Shown here: piece after piece, positions 55,683 through 64,000 of the stretch
How the letters are laid out: the number at the start of each line of letters is the position of its first letter
How positions within the stretch are numbered: position 1 is the stretch's first letter
Origin: the human T2T-CHM13v2.0 reference genome, Homo sapiens
Assembly: GCA_009914755.4 (NCBI GenBank)
Contig: CP068257.2
Coordinates: forward strand, 33,344,001-33,408,000
Reading direction: 5' to 3'
DNA: 64,000 bases
Position numbers and translations under genes: made by a program
The notes under the pieces: model-generated
Told to the model about the DNA's origin: nothing
The model's database searches: none
What the model saw: the letters and a program-made list of their open reading frames with translations, nothing else

Positions 55683-56731
55683 GCTGATACAGAGTAGCCA
55701 AGGCCTAGGGGTGGGTGGCAGGCAGAGAAGCTCATAAAGTGCAGAGTAAGGGCCCAAAGAGCAGTAATGGGAAGGGGGTGAGGGTTTAAATGGAAAAGAG
55801 GCAAAAATGGGAGGGGGTGGGAAGGAGTGGGTGGAGCTGGCCTCCCTCAGAATCAAGCTGGGCTCACTTGTGATTTAGGAGGTATGAAGTGGGGAATCAG
55901 TCTTTGTCTACCTTCTGTTCCCTGCACCCAGACCTCCTCCACTTTCTTAGGGTAAGAAATGCCTTTGATAGGGGTAAAGCCTTTCTTTCCAGAGTTTGAG
56001 ATCAGAGACTTCAATATGTAAAGTCTTGGGGTATGCTGACAGATCAGCACACGTGCTTTTTATATTTAAATAATTCTCACAACCTATGTGGCTTGTCAGG
56101 AATGAAGAATCTAAAGCTTATTGTGCTAGGGGAGCTCCGAGTGAACAAAGGGTGCCGAAAGGAGAGTGGGGGGACAATTGCATCATCAATTTGCAGATGT
56201 CAGAATGTCACATTTTGGTTAGGGATCAGGCTCATTTTACACACGCCTAAGCAACTGGAAAACATGAGAGAGTATTGGGGCCAGTTGTGATAGGGGCCAA
56301 GGAGACTGAAATGAGGACACCTGAGGTCTACTTTTCAGGCTATCTGGTGTGACTTTGGATAAGTTATTTCACCTCCGTGGGCCAGAAGGTGCTGATCTAT
56401 CAAATGAGCAGGGAACGTGGGAACTCTAAGTTTGCCCTGCTATGAATCACTCTGGGTCTATGTTTTGGGGGACTGAGCACTGGGGAGTCTGTGTTAGCCA
56501 TCTTTCTTCTCATAGTTCTGTGTTCTCCAGTGGGCTTTTATCATAGCCGTCTTCAGGAAAGGAGCTGCAGGGCATTCACCCGGGTGCAAAGGACCAGCAG
56601 TCCTTCCAGAGAAAGAAGTAAAGTCTTTAGCTAAAGAACAAAGATTTAACGGTGGAACTGTCCACTTGAATTGGAAGGGCTGGTAGCTTTGGGTCCAGCA
56701 AGGGCACCCCAGATATTAAATCAATGAATAA

Positions 56732-57289
<558 letters not shown>

Positions 57290-59949
57290 TGAGCGGACGA
57301 ATGCATATATCTTACAAACCTTTCATAAGAAATCTTTCCTCTGTAGGCCCAAGTAATTTGATTTCTTAGTGTGATCTGATATCGTTTGAATTATCACTTA
57401 ACTTGGGGGAATTAAATAAGGCACTCTGGACATACGCAGCCCCTCAGGAACACAGCTTGGTGAGTGGATGATCCTTTTGTTTGAAAAAGGTGCCCCTTCC
57501 TCTACGCAGTCACACCTCACCCTGGGACCCTTGATTTGGCAAGCAGAGCCAAGGCTGGATTTCACCTCCCACAGTCCCCCTCAGTGGGGTGCCTTTGTAC
57601 AGTGTCCAACCTGCCCAACGATCTGCAGTGAACCTGCATGAGATCAGGAACCCCTCAGGAATAGGGATTATCTTAATCTTTTTGGAGGCCTAAGACTTAG
57701 CTTGGGGCTGACTCTCCAAGCACCCTCAGCCAACGTTAGTTGTTCGAACAAAGGCAGCTTGGTTTTCTTTGGGGGTTGAAGGGAAACAGGGAATAATTTC
57801 ACCACACTTTCAGCTCAAAAGTCTCCATAGGTCTCTACTGCCTTCAGGAGGAAGTCTTACCATCTGGCTTAGATTGGCCTGGGCTAACCTGAACTGGTCA
57901 ACCATCCCATCATTACCTTCTAACACTGCATCCCCTTCATTTGAAGTGATCCACTCATCGTCCTCAACCACACCTGGCACTTCCTGCCTTGCAGGTGCTG
58001 CTTTCTTCTCCTGGATACCTTTCCCTGTTCTCCTTTAACAGCAAAATCCTAAGTTGACCTGAGTCCTCTGTAATGGCTCGAGACACCTTCTAGCCTTCCA
58101 GTCGTCTGAATGGCTATGGTATTACTGCATGCCCTGCTTAGTCCTGTGCAGTTTAAGATTCTCCCCACCTATTCCACAGGTATATGTCTTCTGTCCTCAA
58201 ACTGCTGGGAGACAAAGATACATAGCTTTCTTTTATGTCTGTAAGAGGCCTGGCATAATACTGCCAGTGCACTGAGCAAGTTAGCAACAACCTCATAGAA
58301 AATGCTAATGCTGAAAAAATTAAAATAATTCAATGATTATCTATATTCGGACAAAGCATTCTGGAATCACAGCAAGAAAATGTGGCAAACCTCCTTGAGC
58401 CCTTGAGCCTCTGCACCTCACACAGGATCACACCCACACCCCCCAGAAAGCTGAATAAGACCTATGCAAACAACCTTCCAGGGAAGGGATCGACAACCAC
58501 AATCAGCCTTCTGCCTAGTTAATCATAAACCCAAACCTGCCGAAGCCAAGTCCATCGCCAGAACAAGGGGACAATTAGCATTGCCCTTTGCACACAGCTA
58601 CTCACTGGGAAAATCGTGCACTGATCAGTGCACGCGGCTTCAACTTTCTCCTGACCCCAGAAGATTCTAGCGAAGGGCTGCTTGGTTATAGAAATAGAAA
58701 GCCCTTATCAGGAAGCTGTCAATTTCATGACAAACTTGGTATCGGGGAAGCAGATAATGGGCTGTTTACATAGTCTTAGGCGGACCAGGATTCATCTTGG
58801 GTCTTAGGGTTTCCCAATTCCAGATATTTCAAATATGGAAAACAGCAAAACAAGTCAAAATGATTTAATACTGTATATATAGCAATAAAAAAACTGAAAA
58901 AGTATTATTTTCTAAATCTTTAAGAGTTGCAATTAGATTTTTTTTTTAACCAAAATAGCACAACTGTTCCCCTTCTCTATAGAAAGTTTTCATTAGTTCC
59001 TCCCCGACCTTACTTTCCAGAGGACCTGGTAATAAACAAAAGAATGATCCCTTGAGCATTTTTCATCATAGCATCATGCTTTTAATGGAGCAGAGATGAA
59101 TCCTGGGCTGCTGTGACCCACGGGTAGAAAACACAGTGCTTCTGTGTTTGGGTTTGATCACCCTCATGGAGAAAGTGGCTCCTGAAGACAGATGTAATTA
59201 GTTCTAATGTCTGAGGCCTTTGGGGATGTTCCTAAGGCTTTTTATTGAGAAGGCAAAGCAAGCAGAGGTGAGATCTGGGAGGATAAAGTAGAAGGCAATG
59301 AGACCCGAAAGAGTTTGGCTTATGCAAAGGAATTTCCATGAGCACCCACAAACATTGGTCCAGGTACTCTCTTAGTCACTGTCCCCTCGAGGATGGGGAA
59401 GAGGAAGCTGCCAACGTCACCTGGCTGCTGCATCGACTTCCTCCTCTTGCCCCATCATCCATCTCAGTTTTAGATTTAAGCCAGGACTGATTCTCTGTGG
59501 TCTAGGCTGATGTGCAAGTGAGAATCTTGATTAGAAAACCCCCAAATAACTAAATAAATGAAGTCTGTTGCTTGTTTAATGCCTTTAAATAGTGTCTCAT
59601 TTATAAAATGTATTTACAACCTTTAAAAGTACACTTTGCTTCTATGGGGACTTATGGAACGTTCTGACCTAAGTCCTTGTCAGTAGCTTTGAGAAGGGGA
59701 ATGAGGTCCCCACAAAGAATCTGGGGCTTCCCATCATCTCCACTTACCTTCAGGCTGGCTGGCTGAGGCACTTGGGTAATGACTTTGGGGAGACAATAAC
59801 ATGTTTAGCTTTAGTCTTTTCTCAAGAGAAAATTCCATCTTGGCAGTGTCCACCAGGGATACTCTGTCCCTAGGTTTTGGAGTATGCTCATTCCCCATGA
59901 CTGGCAAAGTAAAATTGAACCATGGAGCCAGAAAGTCTGAGTCAGTCTG

Positions 59950-60135
59950 AGTCAGGCCCTGTAACCCTGCACACCAATCTGTTTCTCAGTTTCCCATCCG
60001 CAAAATGGGGTGAATAGCTGTATCTACTATGTAAAGATTGTTCTGAGGATTACATGAGTTATTATCTGCAAAGCACCTAGAACAATTCCTGGCACATAGC
60101 GAGCGAGCACTGTCTAAGTGTTTATGAACTAACTA
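59950..60135 (+). mobile_element. MIR SINE (3' two-thirds)
   Basis: 'ctgtttctcagtttcccatccgcaaaatggggtgaatagctgtatctactatgtaaagattgttctgaggattacatgagttattatctgcaaagcacctagaacaattcctggcacatagcgagcgagcactgtctaagtgtttatgaactaac' matches MIR 'cctcagtttcctcatctgtaaaatggggataataatagtacctacctcatagggttgttgtgaggattaaatgagttaatacatgtaaagcgcttagaacagtgcctggcacatagtaagcgctcaataaatgttagct'. Confidence 0.6.
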
Positions 60136-61388
60136 AATAAATGGTCTTAACTTTCTAGGTGCTGATTTTTTTCTCTATCAGGGAAAATGTTTCTGTGTGC
60201 TATTTGTGGAATAAGCAATAATGATAGAAGCTCCAAACATAGTCACTTAAATACACTATGAGCACTATGCGTGTGCACATACACATAATATATAAATACA
60301 CTGAGCTAAACATTACTATCTTCCCCATGTCAAGCTCTGAAGCAACTGAGAAATAAACCCCTGAAATCAAATGAAGAAGTAAATACCAGCATTTTGCTTG
60401 TAGAGTTGAGTTGGAGAAAGAGCCCATCTGGGGTTTCTTCCAGAGCATGAGAAGTACCTGCAGGGACCTACCCAGCCAGCCACAGGGGCCTGCGCTGACC
60501 TCATCTCTGCTGAGCCCTGAGATCAGGACATAGCTGGGGTGGGAGCGGGCCCTGCCTCAGGCCTCATCCAGGGAGACAGAGGCAGAGGAGAATGCACCAT
60601 ATCAGGCAGGCTGTCCCCAGAAGGCCTCTCTCAATCTCTCCCATTGGATGTGCCTCTCCTCTCATAAGGCGGAAGAAGGCAGAGGCAGATAGAAGCTCAG
60701 AGCTCTTCTCTCAATGCTTCCAAAAGGGTAGGAGTTCCCATTTAAGAGGCTGGCAAGAACTCCAGGAGCAGGCGAGAATGATCCCCAAGACACATATCAA
60801 TGTGAAATACATGTGTTTATATTGTGAAACAGTCAACTCCAGCTTCAGAAGCAGTTTGCTGGGGATCATTGTCCCCTCCAGACTGAACACGGGCTAACAT
60901 GTAGCTGAGAGCGGGTGTAGACAATAGTCTTGAAGGAGCTGATTGGCGGTTCCGTGGTTTACCAGCAGCACCGGGCAAAGGAATGTGGCTTACCTTTGAA
61001 CAGACGAAAGAGGGTGGAAGCGTCTGCACCAGGTGTGTGCAGGCAAGGGCATGTTGAGAGATAGGCTGGGTGGTAAAGAGAGGTTCCTTCTCGGTCTTAC
61101 TCTTGATGGAGCCCGCTGGTTTTCTAGCCTGCGCCCCGCAGGAGTGCCTGAAGGGTGTCTGGTATCAGTAATCTCCTATCCCTAAACCAGCAGGAGCTGG
61201 GGAACATTTAACAACCAGCTCTTCAGGATAAACAGCTTTGACTTATAACATGTGCAGATTTCAGCAATCACTGCTGATCACTATAGTTCCTCTCACAGCA
61301 ACACTCTATGTTAGAGCATTTCCACCATTTAGAGATAAGAAACAAGTGCATATAGATCTTTGTAAACTGCAATAAAATAATAAGGCAG

Positions 61389-61724
<336 letters not shown>

Positions 61725-61746
61725 TTATTTTTTAGTGATTTTGACC

Positions 61747-62051
<305 letters not shown>

Positions 62052-62664
62052 TAAGTTTGCATAATTTAATTTTGCATGATGTCTTTGTTTAACTGCCAGC
62101 CTGCAAAACTCCGGAAAATTAACAATCAAGTCTTGTGAGATGATGCAAACAGAAACTACTCGAAGCCCATATGTCATTGCTGTAGGAAAAGCAGGCAGAT
62201 TTTCACCTGCAAGCATTTCCCTTCTCCTCTGTCACTCTCTCCCTGTCCCAGGTGGGTGGGTGGATCAGACTGAGGCTGCAGCTCATGGCAGGGGGCTGGA
62301 CTGTGGATGACTGTCTCCTCCCTAGCGGGGAGGCCAGAGGCACTCAGGTGGTTCAAGTTGACCTGCGGGGCTAGCAGGGCAGAGTAGGGCTTCCCTGCAC
62401 TTTGGTCTCCAGCCCTGCCTCATTGAGGCCAATGGTTTGCTTTCTCTCCTGGCTAGTCTCCAGCTGTGAATGCATCTGGATAAAGACAGGACTGGAGCCT
62501 GAGGGTGGGAAACGAAAGGGGGGCACAGGAATCCAGTCAACATTGCCTGATTTACAGGAGTGACGGCTCACAAGTGGGTACACAATTGAGGATGGGTGGA
62601 AGTGAGAATAAGGAGAGCATCTGTGGGTACCAGTTTTATGGTGTCACAGACTTCTTTTGTAAAA

Positions 62665-62840
62665 GTAATAAACACATAAATTAAATATTAGGTGAAATAT
62701 ATTTTATTATATATGCGTGTATTAAATTATTATATATTTTACTATATTTATATAGTTTACATATATACTATATACTAATTATAAATATATATCAACATAT
62801 TAAATAAATACAAATCAATAAACAAATAAATATTTAGCCT
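62665..62840. repeat. AT-rich low-complexity tract (TA/TATA-rich)
   Basis: 'aaatattaggtgaaatatattttattatatatgcgtgtattaaattattatatattttactatatttatatagtttacatatatactatatactaattataaatatatatcaacatattaaataaatacaaatcaataaacaaataaatattt'. Confidence 0.6.
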
Positions 62841-64000
62841 GGCACATATCTGCACAGCAAAAGACTGTATTTCCCAGCCTACTTTACAGCTAGGTGCCTC
62901 CATATGTTTGTTTACGTTCTGGTCAATGATTTGTCAGCAGGAGTGTCTGGGCAAATTTCAGATCCTGCTCTTCAAGGGAAAGAGTAGATCTTCCCCTTCC
63001 ATATTCTCTCTTGCTGCTGGCTGGAATGTGGATGTGATGTTGGGGGCTGGAGCAGCCATTTTGAGCCATGAGGTAAATGCCAGGCATTGCAGAAGGCAGC
63101 CCATCAGGGTAGCAGAAACCTGGTTCTTTGTGATTGTGAAGATGCCATGCCAATCTACTGAGACTTCTACAAGAGAGAGAAACACACTTCTATCTTGTTT
63201 AAGCCCTGATAATTTGGAATCTCTCTCTCATAGCAACCTAACCAATACCCTAATACAACACAATGTCTTTATGTGTGTGCTATTAGTAATCAGAGCATGT
63301 CTGTGGTAAAAGTAGACCTCTGGGCATTCTTCAAAAGACTTAGAACTGACTTTTAACTCACTTTCTGCATCCCATCCTTTTAACTTCTCAGAAAGTGAGG
63401 ATCAGTTATATAGTTAGGTTCCTGCCCTGAAAGTACTACAGTATGACAGCACCAGGCTTTTATTTTCTTTTTAACTAGGTGTGACTAATTTGGAGATTAC
63501 TTTTTAAACATACACCTAAGATGTTGTAGCTAATACTGCCTCTTCCATCCTAGTCACTTTGCAACTTGACATTCTTTTCTAGTGATGATGAAATTCTCAG
63601 CATCCAGTTAGAATTCATACAATGGTGCATATGCTTTAGAATAGCCTCAATGTCTGGAATATAAGTGATGGGTCTGATTTTTAGAAACAGCCAGAAGGCA
63701 TTTAAGATCAAGACTGGTGACAAATAAGGTGACCAAGGAAGCTTGACAATACCTGTCTTGTTCAAAAATGAGGTGTGATTTAAAAGTAAGGAGGATTTAC
63801 TTGTTTAGCCAATAAACTAACTCTGAAAGTCATTTCAAAAAAGCAGATCCGAAGATGTTTAAAGTAATAATGGTGCTGTTAGAATGGTGCTCCCTCTCCC
63901 TCCCAGGGGATGACTTTGAAGGACACTACAATAACAGATGTGTAAATTCTGAAATATATGGCTAAAATGAGGTTTATTATTTTCTAGTCACCACTTAGAC

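Overview
This window is primate nuclear DNA, most likely human. I found no prokaryotic-style system and no supportable protein-coding or RNA gene. The clearest signal is at least 17 Alu SINEs, several of them AluY-like with intact target-site duplications (TSDs); Alu is primate-specific. There are also several ancient MIR SINEs, one ancient LINE-1 ORF2 fragment and two MLT1-like ERVL-MaLR LTR copies in the same orientation. The window also holds many microsatellites: (CA)n, (GT)n, (TAA)n, (TCCA)n, (GAT)n, (CT)n, (TTTA)n and (ATT)n. Two of these are long complex CA-rich tracts of about 360 and 420 bp. The region looks intergenic or intronic. The six-frame ORF track is essentially all artefact. 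Many of the listed peptides are translations of Alu, such as the recurring '...[16 protein letters not shown]...[11 protein letters not shown]...' and '...[15 protein letters not shown]...' strings. Others come from CA/GT microsatellites, for example 'HTHTHT' and 'CVCVCV' runs. I cannot exclude an unannotated exon or lncRNA, because that needs alignment or expression data I do not have. Structures worth a second look:
- A perfect 2 x 90-bp tandem duplication sits inside an ancient MIR element (13751-13930).
- Two MLT1-like LTRs lie 5.25 kb apart in the same orientation and could be one provirus or two solo LTRs (25268-30930).
- A roughly 176-bp imperfect direct repeat pair is spaced about 780 bp apart (22444-23402).
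- Two tail-to-tail inverted Alu pairs occur (1-986 and 61389-62038).
- Higher-order tandem periodicity lies inside the large (CA)n array (32295-32650).
- A roughly 1-kb GC/CpG-enriched island-like segment lies between LTR copy B and the CA array (30930-31950).
All coordinates were read by eye from the numbered sequence and may be off by a few bases.
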